From Coprobacillus sp. CAG:826 (GTDB lineage: Bacteria; Bacillota_I; Bacilli_A; RFN20; CAG-826), in the NCBI GenBank assembly GCA_000437235.1, contig FR897046.1, forward strand, positions 155,664 to 219,663: a DNA stretch of 64,000 nucleotides, in the 5' to 3' direction. Under the pieces are notes generated by a model, which worked only from the letters and a program-made list of their open reading frames with translations, was not told where the DNA came from and did not search any database. Positions 19,433-29,133 of the stretch are shown here, piece after piece. Every line of letters starts with the position of its first letter. The first letter of the stretch is position 1. Made by a program: the position numbers and the translations under genes.

Positions 19433-21652
19433 CTATTCAGCTTTTTTCTTTCTAGTCGTTGACTTAGTTTCTTTTTTAGTTGTTTCTTTTTTGGTCGTTG
19501 TTTTTTTCGTAGTGGTTTTCTTTGTGGTAGACTTTTTTGCCTTTTTATCGGTTGTTTTAGCCTTTTCCTCTACTTTTCCTTCTTCGACTGGCATTTCTTC
19601 ACCATTTTTTCTTGCTTTAGCAATACGAATACGTTCGGTTACAATCTTTGGTGCTTCCACTTTTGGAGCATTTGGATGCAATAACCAAGTTGCTGCATAA
19701 TGGGTATCACTAACTTTGAATAAAGGTGGTTCTTTTTCAAAGTCGATTTTCATTGCGTATTTGTTACGTGCTGCAAAGGCATCGCCCTTTGGTGGAAGAA
19801 TCATGTTAGGTGGTGTACCTGGAATTGCCTCTAATTTTTCTTTGGTATTTAAATCAGGCATAGAGGATAATAATGCCCAGGTATATGGATGTTTTGGATC
19901 ATAGAAGATATCTTCAACAGTTCCATATTCCACAATTTTACCAGCGTACATAACTGCAATGTCATCGGCCATATTGGCAATAACGCCTAAGTCGTGGGTA
20001 ATAAAGATAATCGATAAACCTTTTTCCACTTTTAAGCGGTTAATTAATTCTAGAATTTGTGATTGAATCGTAACGTCTAATGCCGTGGTTGGTTCGTCAC
20101 AGATTAAAATATCTGGGTTAGAACTTAAAGCAATAGCGATAACGATTCTTTGACGCATACCACCAGAGAATTGGAATGGATATTGGCTAAATCTCTTTTC
20201 CGGTTCAGGAATACCTACTTCACCTAAAAGTTCAATCGCTTTATCCTTGATTTCTCTTTTGGACATTTCATGCACGGCATTTTTATAGCAGCGATAAATA
20301 TACTCAAATAAAGTATTGGTATAAGTTGCATTATCAAATTCTTCATTTAACACTTGTTCGTAGTGAGCAATGAAGTTTACAATAATTTCTTTTGTTTTGG
20401 TAATGACTTCTTCCGGTGAAACGATGACTTCACGCCCATAGGCACGAGCACGAATATCATCATATTTTTTACCTTCTTGAAGCATTTTTTCTTTCTTTTC
20501 TTGTTCTTTACGTTGTTCTTCTAATAAATGTAAAGATGTTTTGTAATCAGCAATATAACCTTCTAATGTAGGAATTAAGGTTAATGCAATATCATCTTTA
20601 ATTTCTGCAAAGACATATTGCGAAGAAAGAATGAGTTTTTTGAGTTCTTTTAAAGAAGATTTTAAAGCATTGATATCATAGGAAGAAGCATCAACAAAAA
20701 CAGTGTTTAAAAGATTCTTCACATAGTCTAATACTTTTTCTTTTCCTTCTTTAGCGGATTGATATTCTTTTTCAACTGCTACGGATAAACATTTTAAAAT
20801 CGCTTCTTTTTCTTCCTCTAAAAGCGCCCATTCTGGATGAATGTAGTTTGCTTTCATTGAAAGTACAACTTTAACATGACGCTTACGAGCGGCTTGCCAT
20901 TCGCGCACCGCTTTTTTGTCTTTCTTATTTTCTGCTTTAGCGGCTAATTCACCTTCCGATGGTAATAAGCACTCTAAGAAGATTTTTTCTTTATCGGCAG
21001 TAATTTCAACATCACGAGAATAAGGTTGATTCAAACAAATCGTGAATAATTCATTAGCCATATCATAATCATTTGGATGTAAGTGATCAATTAATGATAA
21101 TGAACTTTCTCTATATCTCTTTAATAAATGTTGAATTTCTTTTTTCGTATATAACCCAGCTTCTGAAGCATGCTTTTCAATTAATTTTGCAAAAAGTAAA
21201 AGCGTTTTTTGTGCTTCTTTACGGGTTGCTTTTGCTTTTAAAACAATGGCTTCTGTCAATTGTTTACCAACACGCATGACTGGATTTAAGCTAGATAATG
21301 GATCTTGGAAAATCATCGAGATTTTCGATCCTCTAATTTTGGTGAAATCTTCTTCTCTTAAGGAAAGTAAGTCTTTTCCATCATATAAGATTTGACCGCC
21401 TTCAACAATCTTGTTTCCGGCTAAAATACCTAAAATAGCTCTAGAGGTAACGGATTTACCAGAACCTGATTCACCAACAATACCTAAAGTTCTTCCTCTA
21501 TATAAAGAGAAATTAATTCCACGAACTGCTTTAACATTTCCGTTGTTGGTACGGAAAGAAATTCTTAAATCTTTGACTTCAAGGATTTTTTCTTCGTTAT
21601 TAGGAGTTGAATTATTTGTGGAAGTCATCATTTCTTTATTTTCCATCATCAT
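19433..21652 (-). CDS. oppD: Oligopeptide ABC transporter ATP-binding protein OppD with a very large internal insertion and a K/T-rich tail
   Basis: GESGSGKS, MIFQDP, FSGGMRQR and LICDEP motifs. About 320 extra residues lie between the Q-loop and the signature motif. The C-terminus reads KKTTTKKTTTKKETTKKETK. Confidence 0.85.
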   Translation of the reverse strand: MMMENKEMMTSTNNSTPNNEEKILEVKDLRISFRTNNGNVKAVRGINFSLYRGRTLGIVGESGSGKSVTSRAILGILAGNKIVEGGQILYDGKDLLSLREEDFTKIRGSKISMIFQDPLSSLNPVMRVGKQLTEAIVLKAKATRKEAQKTLLLFAKLIEKHASEAGLYTKKEIQHLLKRYRESSLSLIDHLHPNDYDMANELFTICLNQPYSRDVEITADKEKIFLECLLPSEGELAAKAENKKDKKAVREWQAARKRHVKVVLSMKANYIHPEWALLEEEKEAILKCLSVAVEKEYQSAKEGKEKVLDYVKNLLNTVFVDASSYDINALKSSLKELKKLILSSQYVFAEIKDDIALTLIPTLEGYIADYKTSLHLLEEQRKEQEKKEKMLQEGKKYDDIRARAYGREVIVSPEEVITKTKEIIVNFIAHYEQVLNEEFDNATYTNTLFEYIYRCYKNAVHEMSKREIKDKAIELLGEVGIPEPEKRFSQYPFQFSGGMRQRIVIAIALSSNPDILICDEPTTALDVTIQSQILELINRLKVEKGLSIIFITHDLGVIANMADDIAVMYAGKIVEYGTVEDIFYDPKHPYTWALLSSMPDLNTKEKLEAIPGTPPNMILPPKGDAFAARNKYAMKIDFEKEPPLFKVSDTHYAATWLLHPNAPKVEAPKIVTERIRIAKARKNGEEMPVEEGKVEEKAKTTDKKAKKSTTKKTTTKKTTTKKETTKKETKSTTRKKKAE

Positions 21653-23172
21653 TCTTCCACTCCTCTCAATGAAGGATTCAAGGCATCACGTAAGCCTCGT
21701 CCAAAAATATTAAATCCGACCATCAAAATAGCAATAAATAAAGCCGGGAATAAAATAATGTGTGGATAGTTTTGTAGGCTTCCCTGACCTTCTTGTAAAA
21801 CTGTACCTACGGAAGTAATCTTCATATCAGTACTTAAATCAATAATACCTAAATAACTCAAAGTGGATTCTGAGAAGATAACACTTGGAATCATTAAGAT
21901 ACAGGAAGTAACTATTGTACCAATAGCGTTTGGTAAAATGTGACGGAAGATTAAGCGTGAATCACGAGCGCCTAGTGTTCGTGCCGCTAAAACATATTCT
22001 TGACCTTTATAACGATAGAATTGCATACGAACACGAGATGCTGTACCAATCCAACCTGTAAGAATAAAGGCGAAACCAATCGAAGGGATTACCCCGACCT
22101 TTTGTGATAAATATAAGTTAAACAATACCGCGACAATCATCATTGGAATTTCAGATAGAATATCGGAAACACGTTCCATAATTAAGTCAACAGTACCACC
22201 ATAATATCCTTCAATAGCGCCGTAACAAATACCAATAATAATATTGATTAAAGCAACGACAACGCCGAGAATTAATGAGAATCTAGCACCGGTTGCTAAA
22301 CGCGTCATAATATCTTGACCTTGGTTATTTGTACCAAACAAGTGGGTTGGCGTTTTCCCATGATGCATCATTTTATAATATTCCATATAATGGATACGAC
22401 ACTCTGCACTTCCACTAGCTTCGTTTTTACGGAAATATTCAGGATTTTCTGGATCATAAAGCGGAATAATATTGCCATTTTCATCATAGTTCGGTGCGTT
22501 ATTCACCGCTATTCTCTTTTGTTCTTCCGGTGTCATTTCATTATAATTTTCATATAAAGCCGGATCTTGCATTGTTTGATAATAGAAATTAGCGTTTTGC
22601 GCTTGCGTATAAGTATCATAATATCCTGGGATATCAAAGACTGGATATAAGATTTGAACATTCTTTTCTTTTTCATAATTTTGAATCTCTTCAATCTTTT
22701 CCATTGTGAATGTTTCATATTTAAAGCCGACTGCATAAACATCAATACGGCAAACGTAAACATTAACTTTACGACCATTTTTGACCGTTTGTTTTTTCTT
22801 CACTAATTTTACAATATAGCCAGGTTGATTTAAATAATTCAAATAGTCATTTTCATTTAAGGTTACTTCTTTGGTTCCATCTAAGAAACCTGTACCCTCA
22901 AATAAAGCAATACGAGGAATCGCTTGCTTAAATTCAATTTCAACGTCATTAATTCCATAAGGTGAAAAGATAGGTGCAAAAATAGCAAATATAACCATTA
23001 AGACCAAGATAACAAACGCTACAACGGAAGCTTTATTTTTACGGAAACGAAGTAAAGCATCTTTAAAATAACCAATAGGTTTGGTTTCAAATTTGGTATC
23101 AAAAATTGTATCATCGCGTTGCACAAGTTCAAATTGTTCCTGTGGAATATTTTCAAATTGTGATTGATCCAT
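21649..23172 (-). CDS. oppC: Oligopeptide ABC permease OppC with an extracytoplasmic loop of about 220 aa
   Basis: BPD-type permease core in the C-terminal 210 aa. A long hydrophilic segment follows TM1. The gene overlaps oppB and oppD by 1-4 nt. Confidence 0.85.
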   Translation of the reverse strand: MDQSQFENIPQEQFELVQRDDTIFDTKFETKPIGYFKDALLRFRKNKASVVAFVILVLMVIFAIFAPIFSPYGINDVEIEFKQAIPRIALFEGTGFLDGTKEVTLNENDYLNYLNQPGYIVKLVKKKQTVKNGRKVNVYVCRIDVYAVGFKYETFTMEKIEEIQNYEKEKNVQILYPVFDIPGYYDTYTQAQNANFYYQTMQDPALYENYNEMTPEEQKRIAVNNAPNYDENGNIIPLYDPENPEYFRKNEASGSAECRIHYMEYYKMMHHGKTPTHLFGTNNQGQDIMTRLATGARFSLILGVVVALINIIIGICYGAIEGYYGGTVDLIMERVSDILSEIPMMIVAVLFNLYLSQKVGVIPSIGFAFILTGWIGTASRVRMQFYRYKGQEYVLAARTLGARDSRLIFRHILPNAIGTIVTSCILMIPSVIFSESTLSYLGIIDLSTDMKITSVGTVLQEGQGSLQNYPHIILFPALFIAILMVGFNIFGRGLRDALNPSLRGVEE

Positions 23173-24131
23173 TATTTTCTACCTCCAATCCGAATTCTTG
23201 GGTCGACAAAGCCATAGCTAATATCGACGAGTAAACCAGCAACAAGTCCAATGGCTACGTAGAACATCGAAATAAATAAGAAAACGTTATAGTCTACTTT
23301 TCCTAATTGAATGGATGTTAAATAGACATTAGCAATACCTGGAATGCCAAAGATATTTTCAATAACCATAGAGCCACCTAAAATTCCAATAAATTCACCA
23401 ATAAACATTGGGAGAATTGGCACCATTGCATTTCTAAATGCATGGCGATAGGTAGCTTGACGGCGTGTTAAACCTTTCGTTCTTGCAAGTAACATGAATT
23501 CGCTCGTCAATACTTCGGCCAATTCATCACGGATATAACGAGTAAATCCAGCAATTGTACCAAATGATAAGGATAAAATAGGTAAAATCATAGAGACAAA
23601 CATTTCAGGTGACAAGAAATCTGTTCCATTTTTCACTGTATCTGGTAGAATGCCCCATTTATAGCCGAATAAATATTGAACAACGAATGCATATACATAG
23701 CTAGGGACAGAGACGAAAACCATAACAAGAACACCAATTAAATGGTCTTGCCATTTGTTCTTTTTCAAAGCCGAGTAAACACCTAAAATAATGCCAAGAG
23801 GAACACTGAAAATCATTGTGTAAACATTGACAATAATGGTTGGTGGTAATTTTTCTAAGACAACACTGGTGACAGGATTACCACGAGAAATGTGATAAGA
23901 TTTGCCCCAATCAAATTTCGTAAATAAACCAACTAAAAATTCCCAATACTGTTGTAGTAATGGTTTATTCAAGCCGATAGTTTCACGAATGGCGGCATCA
24001 ATTTCTGGATCCACACCAGGACCACGTGCGGTACTAGCGGGAAGTAAACGAACTAAGATAAAGCACATTGTCATAATAATGAAGAACGTCAATATCATGA
24101 GTCCGATTCTTTTTAAAACATACTTTAGCAT
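23172..24131 (-). CDS. oppB: Oligopeptide ABC permease OppB
   Basis: 319 aa. MLKYVLKRIGLMILTFFII N-terminus and the typical DppB/OppB layout. Confidence 0.9.
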   Translation of the reverse strand: MLKYVLKRIGLMILTFFIIMTMCFILVRLLPASTARGPGVDPEIDAAIRETIGLNKPLLQQYWEFLVGLFTKFDWGKSYHISRGNPVTSVVLEKLPPTIIVNVYTMIFSVPLGIILGVYSALKKNKWQDHLIGVLVMVFVSVPSYVYAFVVQYLFGYKWGILPDTVKNGTDFLSPEMFVSMILPILSLSFGTIAGFTRYIRDELAEVLTSEFMLLARTKGLTRRQATYRHAFRNAMVPILPMFIGEFIGILGGSMVIENIFGIPGIANVYLTSIQLGKVDYNVFLFISMFYVAIGLVAGLLVDISYGFVDPRIRIGGRK

Positions 24132-24300
24132 GAATTAAATCAACTCCTAACTATTAGCATTTTACTATATGTAAACGAATTTTAACACTTATTTTTTTAA
24201 AAAATAAAAATTTTTAATTATAAATTAAAATAGACGATAAGGGCGTCCCTACGATACTAGGAAACGCCCTTGATTTAAAAACATCAATTGAAGGGATTTA

Positions 24301-26829
24301 TTATAATCCTGAATATGTGTAATCTAATGTTTTCTTTTGTTTTGCCCATTCAGAAGCAGTAAAGTTGTAGGTTAATTCACGAATTCCGCCACGACCAACG
24401 ATTGCAAGGTCATTTTGAACTGCATATTCAACCTTGTAAGATAAAAGTTCAGCTTCTGCTCTAGAGGTAAAGCAAATGGCTTCATAACGAAGAATAATTG
24501 CTTTTTCAAGTTCAGCTAAAATATTTAAACGAACTTGGTGGCCTTCTTTTTTGCCAGCTTTTCTATCATCACGATCCATAATAGCGTATTTTCCACCAGC
24601 ACCTATGGCTTGTCTCCAACCATCATAGGTCATTTCAGTATCTCCAGCGCCTTCTTCAAGAAGTTCACCTTTAATTAATAACTTTTCATTTTCTGGGTGG
24701 AAACCATATTCACATTTGGTACTTTCAGAAGTATAAACTTGCATAAATCCGAATGGATCCATTGTCATACCGCCCCAAATAGACCAAATACAATCAAAGT
24801 CACCATTATAGGCTGTGTTGTAATAATCTTCATCTTTACGAGTTACAATTTTAATCTTGTTTTCAAGATCTGTACCTTTTGTTGCTTCATCTAAGCAATT
24901 ACGAATAAATAAGATTTGTGCTTTAGTAGCTTCAGAATCCGTATTATAAAGAAGCATTTCAATTTCAACGTTATCACTTGCAGTTAAATGGCCACTCTTT
25001 GTGCTTGCTATTTCTGCTTCATAAGCTTTTTGGAATAACTCTTTTGCCTTTTTAACAGAATATCCATTAGTGATATCACCATAAATACTTTGAGAGACAC
25101 TTTCACCTTGTTTGGTTTCACGATATATTTCGTTGTTGTTGTAATCGGAAATGTATTGGTTATTTAATAAAACAGTGGATGGTACGTGACCAGAAGTATA
25201 TTCAGCAGCGAATTTTTGACGATTCATAGCATAAGAGAAAGCTTCTCTAAAGTCATGGTTAGCAAGAATTGTTTTATTATTTGCTCCTTTTTGACGTTTG
25301 CTTAATTTCTCGTAATCCGTGTTAAATGTTAATTTTTGAGAATAGGTTGTTTGTGTTCTATAAAGACGTTCAGAGTTGCCATAGATCTTCATATCGTCTG
25401 CGGTTAAAGAAATATCATCTAAGTCACCTTTTAAGAATTTTTGTAAAGCGACAGAGTGTTCAGTAATAATGGAGAAGTTTACACAAGTAGTTTGATATTT
25501 TCCTACGTGCTTTCCATCGGTATAACCATACCATTTATCGTTTCTTTCAAGAAGAATAGATTTTCCTACTTGGAAACGAGTGAGTTTATATGGTCCATAA
25601 GACATATAGTTTTTTTGTCTTGTTGCATAATTAGTAATAACAAGTTTTCCATTTTCAGATTTTCCTGCTTCATAATATGGCTCATAAACAATCCAGTTAC
25701 TAGAAAGGTTATATTTTAAGTAATATTCTTCAATAGCGGTAGACACATAAAGTGTTAATTGATAATCGCCCGTTTTGACTAAACCAACATCATTCCAATC
25801 AAAACTATCCCATTGATAATAAACATACGTGATTTCGTTAATCATTTCGTTAATTTGAGATGGATCAGAGCTACCAGTGAGAAGCGTTCCTAAGATATTA
25901 AAAGCTGCATCATCTTCAGTTGTATACATTTTGTAGCCTTTATTATCTTCATTGATAGTAATAGATTCAATGCCATAATATTCATGTTTATCGGTTTCAG
26001 TACCTTCGGTTTTCATAATACGATTAAAGTTAACATATTTTGAAAAAGTTTTTAATAAACTTTCACCCATTTCAACTTCAGTCTTATCTTCACTCTTTAA
26101 ATATCTTTCAAAGTAAGGAATAAAGTTATCATTCATATAACCAACAAGGTTTTTGTAATCCTTATCGTTTAAATTAACGTTAGCAATTAAATAAGGGTTA
26201 TCTTCGTCAAAGCTATAAAAGCGTTGTCCATCACTTAAGACGCCCGGTTGATCATAGTACTTTGAATATTGTTCGAAAGTCTTACGGTCTGATTTAAAAT
26301 ACTTTTCAGCGTTTGCAATTTTTAAAGTATCTTGATAATAGCTTGTAGCACGATAGTTTTGCATTTTGGGATTAAGAAGTTGTTGCATAGAGTAGATGTA
26401 TGTATCCGCATTAATTGGCGTTCCATCTTCCCAACAAGCATCTTGGTTTAAATTAATAATCCATTTGAAGCCCTCCGCACCTGCATCAACAGATTTGTCA
26501 TCGATTTGATACTTTTCAATTTCTTCATCGGTTAAGTCATTACTTTCATTTTCGTCAAGACCTGTATCAATAGGATCACCGTCTGCCATCTCAGAAATAA
26601 TGTCATAACCTGTCTTTGCATCATTCAACACGAAATCGTACAAACCTGTTTCAGTGTAACCAATAATGACAGCGTCATCGTTGGTTTGCCAAGTGTGGAC
26701 ATTCCATGTGGATGGTGAACCGGCCATGTATGTATTATACTGATAATCCTTTTCTTCGCTCCCACCGCAAGAGCCTAAAAGCATTACCGAGGATAATAAC
26801 ATCAAGCCAATAACTTTGGTTTTTTTCAT
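24301..26829 (-). CDS. oppA: Oligopeptide-binding lipoprotein OppA (oversized, 842 aa)
   Basis: Signal peptide with lipobox LLGSC. Family-5 SBP-like segments. It occupies the first position of the oppABCDF order. Confidence 0.75.
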   Translation of the reverse strand: MKKTKVIGLMLLSSVMLLGSCGGSEEKDYQYNTYMAGSPSTWNVHTWQTNDDAVIIGYTETGLYDFVLNDAKTGYDIISEMADGDPIDTGLDENESNDLTDEEIEKYQIDDKSVDAGAEGFKWIINLNQDACWEDGTPINADTYIYSMQQLLNPKMQNYRATSYYQDTLKIANAEKYFKSDRKTFEQYSKYYDQPGVLSDGQRFYSFDEDNPYLIANVNLNDKDYKNLVGYMNDNFIPYFERYLKSEDKTEVEMGESLLKTFSKYVNFNRIMKTEGTETDKHEYYGIESITINEDNKGYKMYTTEDDAAFNILGTLLTGSSDPSQINEMINEITYVYYQWDSFDWNDVGLVKTGDYQLTLYVSTAIEEYYLKYNLSSNWIVYEPYYEAGKSENGKLVITNYATRQKNYMSYGPYKLTRFQVGKSILLERNDKWYGYTDGKHVGKYQTTCVNFSIITEHSVALQKFLKGDLDDISLTADDMKIYGNSERLYRTQTTYSQKLTFNTDYEKLSKRQKGANNKTILANHDFREAFSYAMNRQKFAAEYTSGHVPSTVLLNNQYISDYNNNEIYRETKQGESVSQSIYGDITNGYSVKKAKELFQKAYEAEIASTKSGHLTASDNVEIEMLLYNTDSEATKAQILFIRNCLDEATKGTDLENKIKIVTRKDEDYYNTAYNGDFDCIWSIWGGMTMDPFGFMQVYTSESTKCEYGFHPENEKLLIKGELLEEGAGDTEMTYDGWRQAIGAGGKYAIMDRDDRKAGKKEGHQVRLNILAELEKAIILRYEAICFTSRAEAELLSYKVEYAVQNDLAIVGRGGIRELTYNFTASEWAKQKKTLDYTYSGL

Positions 26830-27464
26830 ATGTTTTTCCTCCTATAAAATCCTTAATTAAACTTATCATATTTATATGATAGTTAAATAATACTCTAACA
26901 CTTTTATGAAGTCAATAAAAAAATTTTTTCATAAAAGGAAAGTGCTTACATTTCATCAAAAAATGTTTTCATATATATATGAATCTTTTTTCACGTTTGT
27001 AGCGTAAAACAGAGATAATATAAATAAAAAAACGAAACATCTTTATAGATGAAAGTTTTTTCATTATTTATTTTGACTGGAATAGAAAGTTTTATTCAGT
27101 TCTATTCTTAAAATAAAATTAATACTTGAATCATTGCCTTTTATTCATTCATAAAGCAGATTATAAACGCAATATTAAGAATTAGATAACTTTAAATCTA
27201 TCAAGCCAATCGAATCAAAAAAAGGGAGTTCTGCTATTTCTAATTTTATAATAAGCCAATTATCGTAACGACAAATCCGCTTCAATCATACTATAAAATA
27301 CTATTTAAGTTTAATAAACAAAAAAAGATATTAGTCACGATCACCTATTAAATGAGAATCCAACTTATATCATTTATATTATACATAAAATTCAAATGAA
27401 GTATATTTTTTTCATTATACTTTTGATGTGAATCAACGATTTGTATAGAAATATATTGAGCACT

Positions 27465-28103
27465 TTATTGTTCTTTTTTTCTCTTTTGATTATTCCTATA
27501 AAAATAAAAATCACATTTTTCATTGCCCCGTCCGATTGTACCATGTCTTTCAAAGGCAATTCCACACATATCTCCATAGACGCGGTCATCACTAAAGCAA
27601 AAAGTACTGGTTAGTTCTTTGCACCCTAGTAATTCGCAATATTTCATATAGGGACACTTTAAAACATTTACTCGATAATGCTTTTTGTCGAATGCAATTT
27701 CTTCTACTTTAAAACCCGCCTCTCCATCAAACATCTTACCAATCATCTTGTGAAAAATTGTGAAGAATAAAGGACAAATAAAAGAAATTTTGGTTACCAT
27801 ATGAAGACGTTTCCTATCGGGTTCTACTCCAATTTTTACCGCTTCCATTAATAACGCTAAAGCTTCTTCATGAGAAAAATATTTTATCATTTGAAGATAA
27901 ATAGCCACTCGCGGAAAAAACATTCGTTTAGTATGTACCTTTTCTTTTTTAGGAAGATCTTTATATTATTTACAAAACTCATTACAAAGCGTTACTGCAT
28001 TATCAAGTAAAGTTTCCGTTTGCTCTTTACCAATTTTCTTTCTTATTTCATCTAAGAGATAAGAAAAGCCACCCAGCCTTTTATAATATTTTTTGTCAAT
28101 CAT
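27465..28103 (-). pseudogene. L-2-amino-thiazoline-4-carboxylic acid (ATC) hydrolase-family gene interrupted by one in-frame TAA
   Basis: The ATG at 28103 opens 45 codons (MIDKKYYKRLGGFSYLLDEIRKK...CNEFCK). A TAA follows at 27968-27966, and the same frame then continues YKDLPKKEKVHTKRMFFPRVAIYLQM... into the 152-aa track ORF. The Cys-rich C-terminus is typical of the family as I recall it. Confidence 0.65.
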
Positions 28104-28184
28104 CTTTCTACGTCTCCCATTTATCTTTTAAAATTTTTAAAATGTCCACATTTTATTCACCATTGATTAGCATGAATACAAAAG

Positions 28185-28276
28185 AATTTGTATCAAGTAA
28201 AACGACTAAAACACCTGAAATTAAAACATAAAATCTTGAATAAAGAAAGTTGGTTTGTATCAAATTTGTATCAAGT
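28185..28276. promoter_or_regulatory. Three copies of TTTGTATCAA upstream of the ATC-hydrolase-like gene (operator candidate)
   Basis: AATTTGTATCAAGT occurs at 28185-28198 and 28263-28276. TTTGTATCAA occurs at 28254-28263. The last two copies are 11 bp apart. Confidence 0.35.
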
Positions 28277-28292
28277 TGAAAATTCAAGTAAC

Positions 28293-28315
28293 AAAAAAGC
28301 CCCATTTTAAGGGCT
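28293..28315 (-). terminator. Terminator after tRNA-Thr
   Basis: 5-bp GC-rich stem AGCCC/GGGCT followed by TTTTTT on the minus strand. Confidence 0.5.
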
Positions 28316-28328
28316 AAAAACAAAAAAA

Positions 28329-28402
28329 TGGTGCCCCCTGCCAGAATCGAACTAGCGACGGATCCTTACCATGGATCTGTTATACCATTTAACTAAGGGG
28401 GC
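28329..28402 (-). tRNA. tRNA-Thr (anticodon GGU)
   Basis: Hand-folded cloverleaf. Acceptor GCCCCCT/AGGGGGC, anticodon stem GATCC/GGATC with loop ATGGTAA, T-loop TTCGATT, encoded CCA. Confidence 0.9.
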
Positions 28403-28538
28403 ATCCCATGCAAAAAGAATAATAATATAGTTTTTACATAAAGTCAATGTAATTTTTAGGATTTTTCTCTTTTTCTTTTTCGCCTTCAATCTAGAAAAAA
28501 GAAAAGACATTTATTTTTTTATAAATGTCCCATCACTT

Positions 28539-29087
28539 TTAGGATAGAAAGGCAATTTGAATCGCTTTTTCTACCAATTCAATATTTTCTTTTGATAATG
28601 TAATTTTTCCATTTGCTTTTCCTGTCATACGAGCAATTCGTCTTTTAGAAATGGAACGTATCGCATCTAGCTTTAAATAACTATGCGTTTCTTGCGATTC
28701 TTTATCATCATTTAATTCTTTAATTACGCCAATATCAAAGGTCAATGTACTTCCCGGAGCGTCTCTACTTGATAAAGGAATGACTATAATATTACCTAAA
28801 TCGACTGCCCATACCAATGCATAATGGCCTCGGGTTTTGTAGTCGCTTAACTCAGTTCCTACATTAATGCCAAATTCAACCCAGACGACATCGCCTCGTT
28901 TTAAAGAATCTGGCTGTGCACCATAGCCACTTTTTTCCATTGAACTTCGAAAATAACTTGTTTTTTTATCTAACCATGTTAAGTATTCCATTGCAACTTC
29001 CTGTTCTAATGGTGCTAATTTTGATTGAATGGAACGAAAAATTTTTTGTTCTTCTTCATAAAAAGAACGTTTCTTTTTAAAAGACAT
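28539..29087 (-). CDS. PemK/MazF-fold protein with an N-terminal extension of about 60 aa
   Basis: RGDVVWVEFGINVGTE...HYALVW...IIVIPLSS...LKLDAIRSISKRRI matches the MazF/PemK core order. The start is uncertain: ATG at 29087 or 29108, or the track GTG at 29132, which overlaps a terminator hairpin. Confidence 0.6.
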   Translation of the reverse strand: MSFKKKRSFYEEEQKIFRSIQSKLAPLEQEVAMEYLTWLDKKTSYFRSSMEKSGYGAQPDSLKRGDVVWVEFGINVGTELSDYKTRGHYALVWAVDLGNIIVIPLSSRDAPGSTLTFDIGVIKELNDDKESQETHSYLKLDAIRSISKRRIARMTGKANGKITLSKENIELVEKAIQIAFLS

Positions 29088-29133
29088 ACCTATCACCACT
29101 ATTAGCATATGTCGATTTTCTTTTTTCTCCACG

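Noticed and set aside
19416-19700. 94-aa + strand ORF with VVFFVVVFF repeats
   Set aside because: It is the antisense shadow of the K/T-rich repetitive tail of OppD.
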